A stretch of 45,863 bases of DNA from Atopobiaceae bacterium UBA7016 (GTDB taxonomy: Bacteria; Actinomycetota; Coriobacteriia; Coriobacteriales; Atopobiaceae): positions 1 through 45,863 of the forward strand of contig DJXA01000106.1 of assembly GCA_002449555.1 (NCBI GenBank). Direction: 5' to 3'. Of this stretch, positions 15,232 through 25,616 are shown piece by piece (positions within the stretch are counted from its first letter, which is position 1; every line of letters starts with the position of its first letter). Made by a program: the position numbers and the translations under genes. The notes beneath the pieces were generated by a model, which searched no databases, was not told the origin of the DNA, and saw only the letters and a list, made by a program, of their open reading frames with translations.

Positions 15232-15408
15232 ATTCGCTCGTCAAGAGGCGCCCGCGAGGGCGCATAGAGCCGAGGGACCGAGCCCGATGACGCTCCGGCA
15301 ACCACCCTGGGGGGAACGGTGCCAATTCTCGGCAGGTCACGCGCCGTGTGACCTGGAAGACGGGGAGCAGCGCTACCAACGATGCCCCCATGAGCTGGGG
15401 GCATTTTT
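15232..15408 (+). promoter_or_regulatory. SAM-I (S-box) riboswitch with intrinsic terminator
   Basis: CUCGUCAAGAGGCGC...GAGGGACCGAGCCCGAUGACGCUCCGGCAACC...GGUGCCAAUUCUCGGCAG...GAAGACGGGGAGC matches the S-box core blocks. Terminator ATGCCCCCA / TGGGGGCAT (15382-15404) is followed by a T-run to 15408. Confidence 0.88.
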
Positions 15409-15450
15409 CATGCCCCGCAACCCCGCAACGCGGGAGAAGGGACGTATGCC

Positions 15451-16713
<1,263 letters not shown>

Positions 16714-16719
16714 GCGCTT

Positions 16720-17340
16720 ATGTGCGCGCGCAAGCGTTGGGACACGACGCCTTTGGTAATGCGGCTGTTGGGCGGGGCTCTGGCGATAAGCGTCGGGGCC
16801 TTCGCTCTTGGCGTAGCCGACGTGTGGCACTTCGGGACGCTTGACCAGAAGCGCCCCTCTGACGTGGCCATCGTGCTTGGGGCCGAGTCGCACGACGGTG
16901 AGGTGTCCGAGGTATTTGCCGAGCGGCTGAACCACGCGGCGCGGCTGTACCGGGAAGGCTATGTGCGGAAGGTCATCGTGTGCGGTGGCGTGGGTGAGGA
17001 CTCCACGACCTCCGAGGCGGCGGACGGGAAAGCGTACCTCGTTGCGGCTGGAGTGGATGCGGGCGACGTGCTCTGCGAGGACCGGTCGCGCTATACGCGC
17101 GAGAACCTCGCCAACGCGCGTGCCATCATGGAAGACGAGGGCCTGCGTACGGCCATCGTGGTGAGCGACCCCATGCACATGCGGCGAGCCCTTACCATCG
17201 CGCACCTGCTGGATATGGACGCCGTCAGCTCTCCCACGCCGACGACGCGCTACCGCACGCTGCGCTACAAGGTGCCCTTTGCGGTTCGCGAGGTGCTCTG
17301 GCTGGTCGAAGACGTAATCCGGATGCAATTCTGGCCCTGA
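16720..17340 (+). CDS. YdcF/DUF218 (ElyC/SanA-like) family protein, 206 aa
   Basis: N-terminal TM span, then AIVLGAE...RLNHAARLYREGYVRKVIVCGG...YTRENLANA...IVVSDPMHMRRA. The start is uncertain (ATG 16720 has no clear SD; an alternative is 16759). The last 5 codons and the stop lie in the 17323-17392 palindrome. Confidence 0.75.
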   Translation: MCARKRWDTTPLVMRLLGGALAISVGAFALGVADVWHFGTLDQKRPSDVAIVLGAESHDGEVSEVFAERLNHAARLYREGYVRKVIVCGGVGEDSTTSEAADGKAYLVAAGVDAGDVLCEDRSRYTRENLANARAIMEDEGLRTAIVVSDPMHMRRALTIAHLLDMDAVSSPTPTTRYRTLRYKVPFAVREVLWLVEDVIRMQFWP

Positions 17341-17392
17341 CCCAGAGTTGCATTGCGCGCAATGCAACTTTGGGTCAGGGCCAGAATTGCAT
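17323..17392. repeat. 70-nt loop-less near-perfect palindrome (34/35 bp) spanning the DUF218 stop codon
   Basis: ATGCAATTCTGGCCCTGACCCAGAGTTGCATTGCG (17323-17357) versus CGCAATGCAACTTTGGGTCAGGGCCAGAATTGCAT (17358-17392). Each arm can also fold on itself (ATGCAA...TTGCAT). Confidence 0.85.
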
Positions 17393-17414
17393 AGTTCGGG
17401 AAGAGGGGGAGGTC

Positions 17415-17945
17415 ATGCGGCTGTTTGTTGCGGCTGAGCTGCCGGAGGCGGTGCTTGATGCGCTGGTTGAGACACAGGCGGCCCTGCGCGATGCCGTGCG
17501 CGGGCGTTACGTCGCTCCTGACAGTCTGCATCTGACGCTCGCGTTCTTGGGCGAGGTTCCCGCGGCGCGAGTTGACGAGGTGGCCAGTGCGCTTGAGCTG
17601 GTCTGCGCCGGTCAGGCGCCCTTCGAGGTGCATCTGGGAACCCTAGGCAGCTTCGGCCGCAGACGTTCGGCCGTGCTGTGGCAGTCGGTGGAGGGCGGTT
17701 CCGCGTTGTCGTCGCTTGCCGCCAGCGTGCGGCGCGAGCTGGAAAACGCCACGTTCTCCTTTGACGAAAAACCGTTCTTGGCCCACGTCACACTCATGCG
17801 TGCGGCCGACCTCACGCACGGTGAGCTCCCCATGCCGCAGATGGCGCGCGGCGTGCTCGACACCGTCACGCTCTTCAAGTCCGACCTGACGGGCCCACGG
17901 CCCATCTACGAGCCGCTTCACACGGTGACGTTGGGTGAAAGGTGA
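17415..17945 (+). CDS. thpR: RNA 2',3'-cyclic phosphodiesterase / 2'-5' RNA ligase (2H phosphoesterase), 176 aa
   Basis: ATG at 17415 after GGGGGAGG. Two HxT motifs: HLTLAFLGE and HVTLMR. Confidence 0.85.
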   Translation: MRLFVAAELPEAVLDALVETQAALRDAVRGRYVAPDSLHLTLAFLGEVPAARVDEVASALELVCAGQAPFEVHLGTLGSFGRRRSAVLWQSVEGGSALSSLAASVRRELENATFSFDEKPFLAHVTLMRAADLTHGELPMPQMARGVLDTVTLFKSDLTGPRPIYEPLHTVTLGER

Positions 17946-17971
17946 CGTTAGGCGAAACGCAGGCGCAAGGC

Positions 17972-19000
17972 TTACGAGCTCTTCTTGCGACTGGACGCCT
18001 TGGCCTTGGCCTCGCGCTCGGCCTTCTCGCGCTGGCCAGGGAAGAGGTTGCGCTCGTTGAACTCTGCCTGAACGGTGCGGAGCATCAGGTCCACGTCCTC
18101 AAGGCCCAGGTGGCGCTCGTTCTCGCCTGCAGCCAGCGTGCCGCGGCGACGCGCCCAGTGCTCAAGCGTCGCGGGACCGCTCTCGCGCGGCAGGCTCCGC
18201 ACGTCCGGATCGATGCGGCGGCAGATGTCGCGCGAGTCAATCAGCACGATCTGCCCGGCCTTGCGCGCCTCCGCGTAGCCGTCAAGGTGCAGCATCAGCC
18301 ATGAGTCCTCGAAGGCGGCGTTGTGCGCCATGAGGGGATAGGCCTTGAAGGTGGCGAGCAGCGCCTCTTGCGCGCGGCGGTTGTCACGAAACGCGCGCTT
18401 GCCCTTCAGATCGTCCCAGGTAATGTGGTGAATCTCGGTCAGGGGCACGCCCGTCTGCGCGTACTGCCCCGGAATGCCGAAGTACGCCACGTGGCCATCG
18501 TGCGGCTTTGCCTTGGGGGCAAGGTCCATAAAGGCGAGGCCCATGTTGATGATGTAGCCGCGGTCGGGGTCCTTGCTCGTGGTCTCGATGTCAAAGCCGC
18601 AGACCGTGCCCGATATGGGCGCCTCAACATAAGCGATGCCCAGGTCACGCGCCTCGAAGCCGGCCGTCTTGGCAACCTCCTCGTCGGTGCGGCCCTGCAT
18701 CCACGCCACGCCGTGCACCAGGTCGCGCGCGGGCAGGCTGCGGGCAAGGTTGAGGCCGTTGACATCGCGTAGGCGGTCCATGCCGTAGCTGTCACACACG
18801 GGTCGGTTGCGGTCGGCCAGCTGACGTACCAGGTCAAACGAGAAGGGCTCGGACCCAGCCTCTGCCTCCCACCACGCGGAGGCAAGAAGCGAGATAGCCT
18901 CCTCATTTTGGCGGCGCTCGTTGTCAAGGGCGACGTCGTCGGTCATGAAGCCGGGAAGGGCAAACGCGTTGGCGAGTTCGATGGCTTGGGCAAGGTTCAT
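17972..19000 (-). CDS. DEDDh 3'-5' exonuclease (DnaQ-like) with an unassigned ~150-aa N-terminal region, 342 aa
   Basis: ATG at 19000 (ACGGAG upstream). Motifs GFDIETTS, AHNAAFEDSW and HLGLEDVD. The lysine-rich tail and the track ORF extension to 20047 are discussed under rejected items. Confidence 0.8.
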   Translation of the reverse strand: MNLAQAIELANAFALPGFMTDDVALDNERRQNEEAISLLASAWWEAEAGSEPFSFDLVRQLADRNRPVCDSYGMDRLRDVNGLNLARSLPARDLVHGVAWMQGRTDEEVAKTAGFEARDLGIAYVEAPISGTVCGFDIETTSKDPDRGYIINMGLAFMDLAPKAKPHDGHVAYFGIPGQYAQTGVPLTEIHHITWDDLKGKRAFRDNRRAQEALLATFKAYPLMAHNAAFEDSWLMLHLDGYAEARKAGQIVLIDSRDICRRIDPDVRSLPRESGPATLEHWARRRGTLAAGENERHLGLEDVDLMLRTVQAEFNERNLFPGQREKAEREAKAKASSRKKSS

Positions 19001-19150
19001 GGGCGCTCCGTTACTCAGTGTTTGGCCCATCCATGATAGCGGGTCGACCAGACAAGCGCTCGGAAGGCTGCGCATCTCCACGGCGCGTGGGCTTGGCCGT
19101 GAGGTACCATACATAGCCACGGACGTTCGACGGACCCGAAGGAGGTGCCC

Positions 19151-21454
19151 ATGCGCTACGCGCAGATCGTGCTTGACATTCCCACGCGCCAACTGGAGGG
19201 TGCCTTCACCTATGCGGTGCCGGACGAGCTTGTCAATGAAGCGCAGGTAGGCGCTACCGTTCTGGTGACGTTCTCGCATCGCGGCTGCGTGGGGTACGTC
19301 ATGGAGGTCTCTGACGAGCTTCCGCAGGGGCTTGATGCCTCGCGCGTGCTTCCCATCGAGCGCGTCTTGGCCGAGCCGGCCTTTGATGAGCCGCGGGCTC
19401 GCGTGGCTACGTGGATGGCCGCGGAGTACGCCTGTCCGCTCTCTGAGGCGGTGCGGCCGTTTTTGGCTCCCGGCCAGGGCTTCCGCGTTCGCAGAACCGA
19501 GGAGGGCGGGCCTTGGGAGCTGGTGAGCGAGGCATCCGGACCGGTTGACGAGCGCTGGGTGAGCCTCACCGACGAGGGACGGAGCTTTCAGCCACGCAAG
19601 ACGGCCGCGCGCCAACGTGCGCTGCTTGCGGCGCTTGCCGAGGGGCCGGTGCGCATGGCCGAGCTGTCGGCGCTCATGACGGGCGCGGCCGGCGTGGTCG
19701 GCGCACTGGAGAAGCGCGGTGCCGTGCAGGTGGAGACCAGGCGCCGCGTGCGCGGGGGAGAGACCACCACGCTTTCGAGCGCCCACGCCGCGCGTCCCGA
19801 ACGGCTTACCGTCGGCCAGCGCGACGCCCTTTCCGCGATAGCGCAGGCTCGCCATGCCGCATCTGGTGACGTGGTGCTGGTTGACGGCGTGACGGGGTCC
19901 GGCAAGACGGAGGTCTACCTGGACGCCATCGAGGCTGCGCTTGCCGAGGGCAAAGATGCGCTGGTCCTGGTGCCCGAGATCTCGCTGACGGCGCAAACGG
20001 TGGGCCGTTTCCGCTCGCGCTTCGGCGACGACGTGGCCATCTTGCACTCGCGCCTGTCAGCGGGCGAGCGCTTTGACCAGTGGGACCTTGCCCGCCGCGG
20101 TGACGTGCACGTGGTGGTGGGCGCCCGCTCGGCGCTGTTCGCGCCGCTCTTCAACCTCGGGCTCATCATCATCGACGAGGAGCACGAGTGGACCTACAAG
20201 CAGGAGAGTGCGCCGCGCTACCACGCGCGCGACGTTGCCGCGCGCCTTGCCGCGGAGTGCGGCTGTGCGCTGGTGTTGGGCTCGGCGACGCCCAGCTTCG
20301 AGAGCCTCGCGCGCTGCGAGGAGGGTACGTGGCGTGGCGCCACGTGGACGCGCGTCGAGATGCCCGAGCGTCCCGGCAAGGCTGTGCTTCCGCGCGTGCG
20401 TGTGGTGGACATGACGCAGCAGTTCCAGCAGGGGAACCGCTCGGTTTTCTCAAAACCGCTGGTAGAGGCGCTGCAGGCGGTGGTCGAGCGGCGCGAGAAG
20501 GCGGTGCTGTTGCTGAACCGCCGCGGCTTTGCCACGTTCTTGATGTGCCGCGACTGCGGGTGCGTGCCCGAATGTCCGCACTGCTCAACCTCGCTGACCT
20601 ACCACGAGCGCACGCACGAGCTGATGTGCCACACCTGTGGCCGCAGCTGGCCGCAGCGCGCGTTTCCTGACCCGTCCACGCGCTGCCCGAACTGCGGCAG
20701 CCGCTACATGGCGGCCTTTGGCGTGGGCACGCAGCGCGTTGAGGACGAGCTGCGGATGCTCCTTCCCGATGACGTGGACATCGTGCGCATGGACGCCGAC
20801 ACGACGAAGGGCAAGGGCGCGCACCAGCGCCTCCTGGAGGAGTTTGACGCCAGCGAGTGCGCTGTGCTGGTGGGCACGCAGATGATTGCGAAGGGTCTTG
20901 ACTTTCCCGAGGTCACGCTCGTGGGCGTGATCAACGCGGACACCACGCTGAAGATGCCCGACTTCCGCTCGGCCGAGCGCACCTATGACCTGCTTGAGCA
21001 GGTGGCGGGGCGCGCGGGACGCGGTGAGCGCGCAGGCGAGGTCATCGTGCAGACGTACTGGGCGGGGCATCCCGCCATTCAGGCGGTGGCACGCCATGAC
21101 CGCGACCTGTTCCTTGCCGCAGAGGAGGCTGACCGCAGCGAGGGAGGCTATCCGCCGTTCTCGCGCTTGGCGAACGTGGTGGTATGGGGAAAGAATGCCG
21201 GCGCGGTGAAGGCGAGCGCTGACGAGCTGGCGGCTGCCGTTCGCTCCGAGGTGGGTACCGCGCGCGGCTGGGAGGTGCTGGGCCCTGCTGACTGCGCCAA
21301 GTCGAAGGCCAAGGACAACTATCGTCGCCACGTGCTGGTGAAGGCTCCGCACGACGCCGAGCTAGGAACGCTTCTGGGCGCGTGTGCGCGCGGCGTGACG
21401 CGCCGCCCCGGCATCAACATCGCCATCGACGTCGACGCCTACGACCTGCTCTAA
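19151..21454 (+). CDS. priA: Primosomal protein N' (replication restart helicase), 767 aa
   Basis: ATG at 19151 five nt after GAAGGAGG. GVTGSGKTEVY, IIDEEHE, and a Cys-rich zinc region CRDCG...CPHC...CHTCG...CPNCG. Confidence 0.95.
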   Translation: MRYAQIVLDIPTRQLEGAFTYAVPDELVNEAQVGATVLVTFSHRGCVGYVMEVSDELPQGLDASRVLPIERVLAEPAFDEPRARVATWMAAEYACPLSEAVRPFLAPGQGFRVRRTEEGGPWELVSEASGPVDERWVSLTDEGRSFQPRKTAARQRALLAALAEGPVRMAELSALMTGAAGVVGALEKRGAVQVETRRRVRGGETTTLSSAHAARPERLTVGQRDALSAIAQARHAASGDVVLVDGVTGSGKTEVYLDAIEAALAEGKDALVLVPEISLTAQTVGRFRSRFGDDVAILHSRLSAGERFDQWDLARRGDVHVVVGARSALFAPLFNLGLIIIDEEHEWTYKQESAPRYHARDVAARLAAECGCALVLGSATPSFESLARCEEGTWRGATWTRVEMPERPGKAVLPRVRVVDMTQQFQQGNRSVFSKPLVEALQAVVERREKAVLLLNRRGFATFLMCRDCGCVPECPHCSTSLTYHERTHELMCHTCGRSWPQRAFPDPSTRCPNCGSRYMAAFGVGTQRVEDELRMLLPDDVDIVRMDADTTKGKGAHQRLLEEFDASECAVLVGTQMIAKGLDFPEVTLVGVINADTTLKMPDFRSAERTYDLLEQVAGRAGRGERAGEVIVQTYWAGHPAIQAVARHDRDLFLAAEEADRSEGGYPPFSRLANVVVWGKNAGAVKASADELAAAVRSEVGTARGWEVLGPADCAKSKAKDNYRRHVLVKAPHDAELGTLLGACARGVTRRPGINIAIDVDAYDLL

Positions 21455-21610
21455 CGTTCGCCGCTAATGTCAACAATCGCATTATGCAATTTAGGAGTCA
21501 GGGACCGAGATTGCGCGGGGATGAGGGGTTGTGTGGTTCGAGGGGCGCGGGTCTGACGTGGCGATTTGTGGGGTACCATAGGAGCGCTGACTCAACGATA
21601 AGGAGAACCC

Positions 21611-22153
21611 ATGGCTGACCTTGCTGACGACATTGTCGTCGCCCCAGATAAGCGCCTTAGGACCGAGTGCAAGCCCATCGAGGAGATCACTCCCGAGATT
21701 CGCGAGCTTGCGCAGCGCATGGCTGCTGACATGTACGCCACCGACGGATGCGGCATCGCCGCGCCGCAGGTAGGCGAGCTGGTGCAGCTCGTGGTCATTG
21801 ACTGCAACTACTTCGACACCGAGAACCGCAACCCGTACTACCTCATCAACCCCGAGATCGTGGTGGCTGACGGCGAGGAGCACGAGCTTCCCGAGGGCTG
21901 CCTGTCGTTCCCGGGCATCACGGTGCGCGTGTCGCGCCCCAGCCACGTTGTCGTGCGCGCGCGCAACCTCGAGGGCGAGCTCATGCAGTACGAGGCACGT
22001 GACAATCTCATGGCGGTCTGCCTGCAGCACGAGATCGACCACCTGCACGGCGTGACGATGATTGACCACCTGTCTCCCTCCAAGCGCATGGCCGCCATGC
22101 GCGAGCTGGCCGAGGCCAAGGCTGCCGGCGCTCGTCCTGGAGACACGGACTAG
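21611..22153 (+). CDS. def: Peptide deformylase, 180 aa
   Basis: GIAAPQVG, EGCLSFPG, HEIDHLHG. AAGGAGAA upstream. Confidence 0.96.
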   Translation: MADLADDIVVAPDKRLRTECKPIEEITPEIRELAQRMAADMYATDGCGIAAPQVGELVQLVVIDCNYFDTENRNPYYLINPEIVVADGEEHELPEGCLSFPGITVRVSRPSHVVVRARNLEGELMQYEARDNLMAVCLQHEIDHLHGVTMIDHLSPSKRMAAMRELAEAKAAGARPGDTD

Positions 22154-22202
22154 CCGCCATGTCCGACGGCTGGTTGCAAACAAACCCCAGATAGGAGTGC
22201 CC

Positions 22203-23117
22203 ATGCGCATCGTCTTCATGGGGACGCCCGACTTTGCGGTGCCGTCCCTGACCCTGCTTGCCCAGCGCCACGAGGTGACGCTGGCGGTGACGCGCCCGGA
22301 TGCGGTACGTTCGCGCGGCAAGCGGCTGGAGCCCTCGCCCGTGAAGGCGAAGGCGCTTGAGCTGGGCATTCCGGTGCTGGAGTGCACGCGCGTGACGCCC
22401 GACGTGCTCGAGCGCCTGCAGGCCGAAGCTCCCGACATCATCTGCGTGGTCGCGTTTGGATGCCTGCTTCCCGATGCGGTGCTGGAGCTTGCGCCGCTGG
22501 GCTGCGTCAATGTGCACGGGTCGCTGCTGCCCAAGTGGCGCGGCGCCGCGCCCATCCAGCGCGCCGTGCTAGAGGGCGACGAGCGCATCGGCATCTCCAT
22601 CATGCGGCTGGTCCAGAAGATGGACGCCGGCGACTTCTGCCGCCAGGCCTCCGTCGAGCTAGGCGAGAAGGGCTGCGCCCAGGTGATGGGCGAGCTCTCT
22701 GAGCTCGGCGCTCAGGAGCTGTGCGTGGCCCTTGACGAGATGGCTGCCGGGACGGCCACCTGGACCGCGCAGGACGAGTCCGAGGTTACCTTCGCGGCGA
22801 AGATCGACAAGGCCGAGATGAGGCTGGTGCCCACGGATGCCGCCCTAGCCAACGTGCGGCGCGTGCGTGCGTCGATGGATGCGGCGCCGGCTCGTCTGGT
22901 GGTTGCGGGCAAGGGCGTGCGTGCGCTTGAGGCATGGCTTGCCGACGAGGCGCTCGCGGCCGGTGAGGTTCTCGTGCGCAAGGGTCGCGTGTTCTTGGGC
23001 TGCGCTGACGGGTCGATTGAGCTCACGCGCGTGAAGCCTGACGGCAAGCGCGAGATGGAAGCGTCTGCCTGGGCGTCTGGCCTGCGCGGCCAGGGCATCA
23101 CGTGGACTGAGGCATAG
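22203..23117 (+). CDS. fmt: Methionyl-tRNA formyltransferase, 304 aa
   Basis: ATG at 22203 (TAGGAG upstream). MRIVFMGTPDFAVPSL and NVHGSLLPKWRGAAPIQRA. Confidence 0.95.
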   Translation: MRIVFMGTPDFAVPSLTLLAQRHEVTLAVTRPDAVRSRGKRLEPSPVKAKALELGIPVLECTRVTPDVLERLQAEAPDIICVVAFGCLLPDAVLELAPLGCVNVHGSLLPKWRGAAPIQRAVLEGDERIGISIMRLVQKMDAGDFCRQASVELGEKGCAQVMGELSELGAQELCVALDEMAAGTATWTAQDESEVTFAAKIDKAEMRLVPTDAALANVRRVRASMDAAPARLVVAGKGVRALEAWLADEALAAGEVLVRKGRVFLGCADGSIELTRVKPDGKREMEASAWASGLRGQGITWTEA

Positions 23118-23123
23118 ACGCGC

Positions 23124-24500
23124 ATGGCCCGTCTGTCGCCTGCGCGCAAGGTTGCGCTCTCCTTGCTTTCCGAGCGCCGTCGCAGAGACGGCCGCGTGCG
23201 CGAGTTGCTGCGCACCTCAGAGGCCATGGAGACGCTCGACGCGCGTGACCGGGCGTTGGCGTCGCGCCTTGCGCTGGGAGCCACGTCTGCGGAGGGCACC
23301 CTCGATGAGGTGCTCAAGCGATATGTGAAGCGGCCATCGTCGTTGGAGCCGCGCGTGCGTGACGCGCTGAGGCTTGCGACGTTTGAAGCGCTCTATCTGG
23401 ACACGCCGGCGTCTGCCGTGGTGAGCCAGGGCGTCGAGCTTGCGCGGCATGCGTCGTCGCATGTGGCGGGGCTTGCCAATGCCGTGCTGCGCAAGGTGGT
23501 CGCCGAGGCACGTCCTCAGGTCGCCGAGGCCCGTCTTCGTGTTGAGGACGGCGGTGCTGACGTTGCTGACCTCACGTTGGTTTCGGGCCTTCCGAGGTGG
23601 CTGGTGACGCGCGTGCTAGAGGCCCGTGGGGCCGAGGCCGCCCGCTCGCTTGCGCTCTCGCAGCTTGAGCCGGCGCCCGTCTACGTGACGGGAAACCGTG
23701 CCAAACATGACGACGCAGAGACGTTGAGCCTGCTGGAGGAAGCGGGTCTACGGCCGCAGCCAACTGATCTTCCGGGCGCCTTTGAGCTTGGCGCTCCGTC
23801 GGGCCTTGCGTCTTCGGGCTTGGTGTCCAACGTGGACGTGGTGGTGTCAGACCTCGCTGCGCAGACGGTTGCGCACCGTGCGGCGCCAAAGCCGGGCATG
23901 CGCGTGCTTGAGGTCGGCCAGGGCCGCGGAACCAAGAGCATCCTGCTTGAGAACGAAGCGCAGGTAGCTGGCGGGTTTGCCCATATCGAGGCGGTGGATT
24001 CCGAACCCTTCAAGGTGAAGGTTGCCTCGCGGCGCATGCAGACGGCGGGCTTGGCCAACCACGTGGCCTGCCATGCGCTCGACGCGCGTCTGCTTTCGTC
24101 AAGCGACGTGCCCAACGCGCTCAAAGGGCCGTTTGACCTGGTGTTTATTGATGCGCCCTGTTCCGGCACCGGAACGATGCGCCGTCATCCAGAGATTCCT
24201 TGGTCTCTTGACGAGGCGGCGCTTACGGACAAGGGTTCGCTTCCTGAGCTGCAGCGTCAGATACTGGACGCCGCGGCTACACGTGTCGCCGCCGGCGGAC
24301 GGCTGCTGTATGCCACCTGCTCGGTGCTCCCTGAAGAGAACGAGCAGGTCATCGAGGCATTCCTGGCCTCAGAGGCAGGCAAGCAGTTTGTGGTGGTTCC
24401 CCAAACAGAAGAAGCGCCCTATCTGCAGACGATCCCCCAACGGGGCGGGTGCGATGGGCACTTCTGTGCGGTCTTGCAAAAAGCTATCGAGCACGGGTGA
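23124..24500 (+). CDS. rsmB: 16S rRNA (cytosine967-C5)-methyltransferase RsmB/Sun, 458 aa
   Basis: NusB-like N-terminus, FIDAPCSGTGTMRRHPE, YATCSVLPEENE. Follows fmt as in many bacteria. Confidence 0.9.
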   Translation: MARLSPARKVALSLLSERRRRDGRVRELLRTSEAMETLDARDRALASRLALGATSAEGTLDEVLKRYVKRPSSLEPRVRDALRLATFEALYLDTPASAVVSQGVELARHASSHVAGLANAVLRKVVAEARPQVAEARLRVEDGGADVADLTLVSGLPRWLVTRVLEARGAEAARSLALSQLEPAPVYVTGNRAKHDDAETLSLLEEAGLRPQPTDLPGAFELGAPSGLASSGLVSNVDVVVSDLAAQTVAHRAAPKPGMRVLEVGQGRGTKSILLENEAQVAGGFAHIEAVDSEPFKVKVASRRMQTAGLANHVACHALDARLLSSSDVPNALKGPFDLVFIDAPCSGTGTMRRHPEIPWSLDEAALTDKGSLPELQRQILDAAATRVAAGGRLLYATCSVLPEENEQVIEAFLASEAGKQFVVVPQTEEAPYLQTIPQRGGCDGHFCAVLQKAIEHG

Positions 24501-24559
24501 CGTGTCCTTCTACAAAACTGCAGGTCGTAACAAGAAGAACAGGCGCGGGTGCTCGATTT

Positions 24560-24784
24560 CTAATCCTTGTTGGGGCAGTTGTCGCAGGACGGGCCAGCCT
24601 TGACCACCTTGCGCTGGTCGGTGTTGTAAAAGCCGTGTCCCTCAAAATGGATGCCCGAAGCGGAAAAAACACGCTCCGCCGGTGCGCCACACGTGGGGCA
24701 CTTCACCTCGGGATGCTCGCTCATGGGATGCTCGACCTCAAAGACGGTGTCGCATGAGGTGCACTTGTAGTCGTAACGTGCCAT
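24560..24784 (-). CDS. FmdB-family zinc-ribbon protein (CxxC...CxxC), 74 aa
   Basis: ATG at 24784 with GGAGG upstream. MARYDYKCTSCDTVFEVEH...VKCPTCGA. Confidence 0.85.
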   Translation of the reverse strand: MARYDYKCTSCDTVFEVEHPMSEHPEVKCPTCGAPAERVFSASGIHFEGHGFYNTDQRKVVKAGPSCDNCPNKD

Positions 24785-24917
24785 CTGAATCCTCCGAAAG
24801 AAGCTGCTGGACCGCGGCAACGCGGCCGCGTTAGACACTGTACCCAACTTGCCGCCGATTATCCACGCCCTCCATGCTGCTATCATCAGAAACGCTGACA
24901 TACGACAAGGAGGGGCC

Positions 24918-25604
24918 ATGCCCATTACCGGTGCGATCTTTGACTTTGACGGAACCATCGTGGACTCGATGCCCATGTGGGAGCAGGTGCCTGGCGAGCT
25001 GGTGGCGCGCCACGGGCAGGTGATGACGCACGAGATGTTCGTGACCACCGAGCCCATGAGCGCCGACGAGGAGTGCGCATGGTTCCACGAGCATCTGGGC
25101 GTGGGGGAGAGCGGTGAGGCCCTCTTCCAGGAGTTGCGCGAGATGGTGCGTGAGGCCTACGCGACCCGTGTTGCCGCCTGGCCGCACGTGGGCGAGTTTC
25201 TGCAGAGTCTGGCTGACGCAGGCATTCCTATGGTCATCGCCTCGTCTACGCCAGCTGATGACATCCGCGTGGGCCTGCGTGCGCATGGGCTCGAGCACTT
25301 CTTCTCTGACGTGATCTTCACCGGCGACGTGGGCCGCGGCAAGGAGTTTCCTGACGTGTACTACCACGCGCTGGACGTGCTAGGCACCGACATGGAGACG
25401 ACGTGGGTCTTTGAGGACGCCCCGTTTGGCGTGCGTACGGCGCATCAGACAGGCTTTCCCGTGGTGGCGCTGCTGAACGACCATGACGGCCGCGACGAGG
25501 GCTTCCTGCGCGAGCACTGCGACATCTTGGTGCATGGCTACGAGGAACTTTCGCTTGCGCTGATCGAGGACTATGCCAAGGAGCCGGCGCAGGGCGACGC
25601 TTGA
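24918..25604 (+). CDS. HAD-superfamily hydrolase (subfamily IA-like), 228 aa
   Basis: ATG at 24918 after AAGGAGGGG. Motif I is AIFDFDGTIVDS. Later motifs VIASSTP and FEDAPFGV. Confidence 0.8.
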   Translation: MPITGAIFDFDGTIVDSMPMWEQVPGELVARHGQVMTHEMFVTTEPMSADEECAWFHEHLGVGESGEALFQELREMVREAYATRVAAWPHVGEFLQSLADAGIPMVIASSTPADDIRVGLRAHGLEHFFSDVIFTGDVGRGKEFPDVYYHALDVLGTDMETTWVFEDAPFGVRTAHQTGFPVVALLNDHDGRDEGFLREHCDILVHGYEELSLALIEDYAKEPAQGDA

Positions 25605-25616
25605 AGAGCGGGCGAG

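Noticed and set aside
19001-20047. Upstream 349 codons of the 691-aa ORF that contains the exonuclease.
   Set aside because: This part overlaps priA on the opposite strand, is Arg/His/Leu-rich and has no motifs. The exonuclease has its own ATG (19000) with an SD.
21530-21560. GGTTCGAGG resembling a tRNA T-arm.
   Set aside because: No acceptor, D or anticodon stems can be drawn around it. No tRNA or rRNA genes were found anywhere in the window.
21517-21573. G-run cluster (GGGG x4 plus GGG) in the def leader as a possible G-quadruplex.
   Set aside because: One loop would be 13 nt or longer. G-runs are expected by chance at this GC content. There is no supporting conservation information.
24819-24832. 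Perfect 14-bp palindrome AACGCGGCCGCGTT between the FmdB-like gene and the HAD gene.
   Set aside because: It is short and GC-rich, plausible by chance, and has no second copy. It is possibly an operator, but there is no evidence for that.
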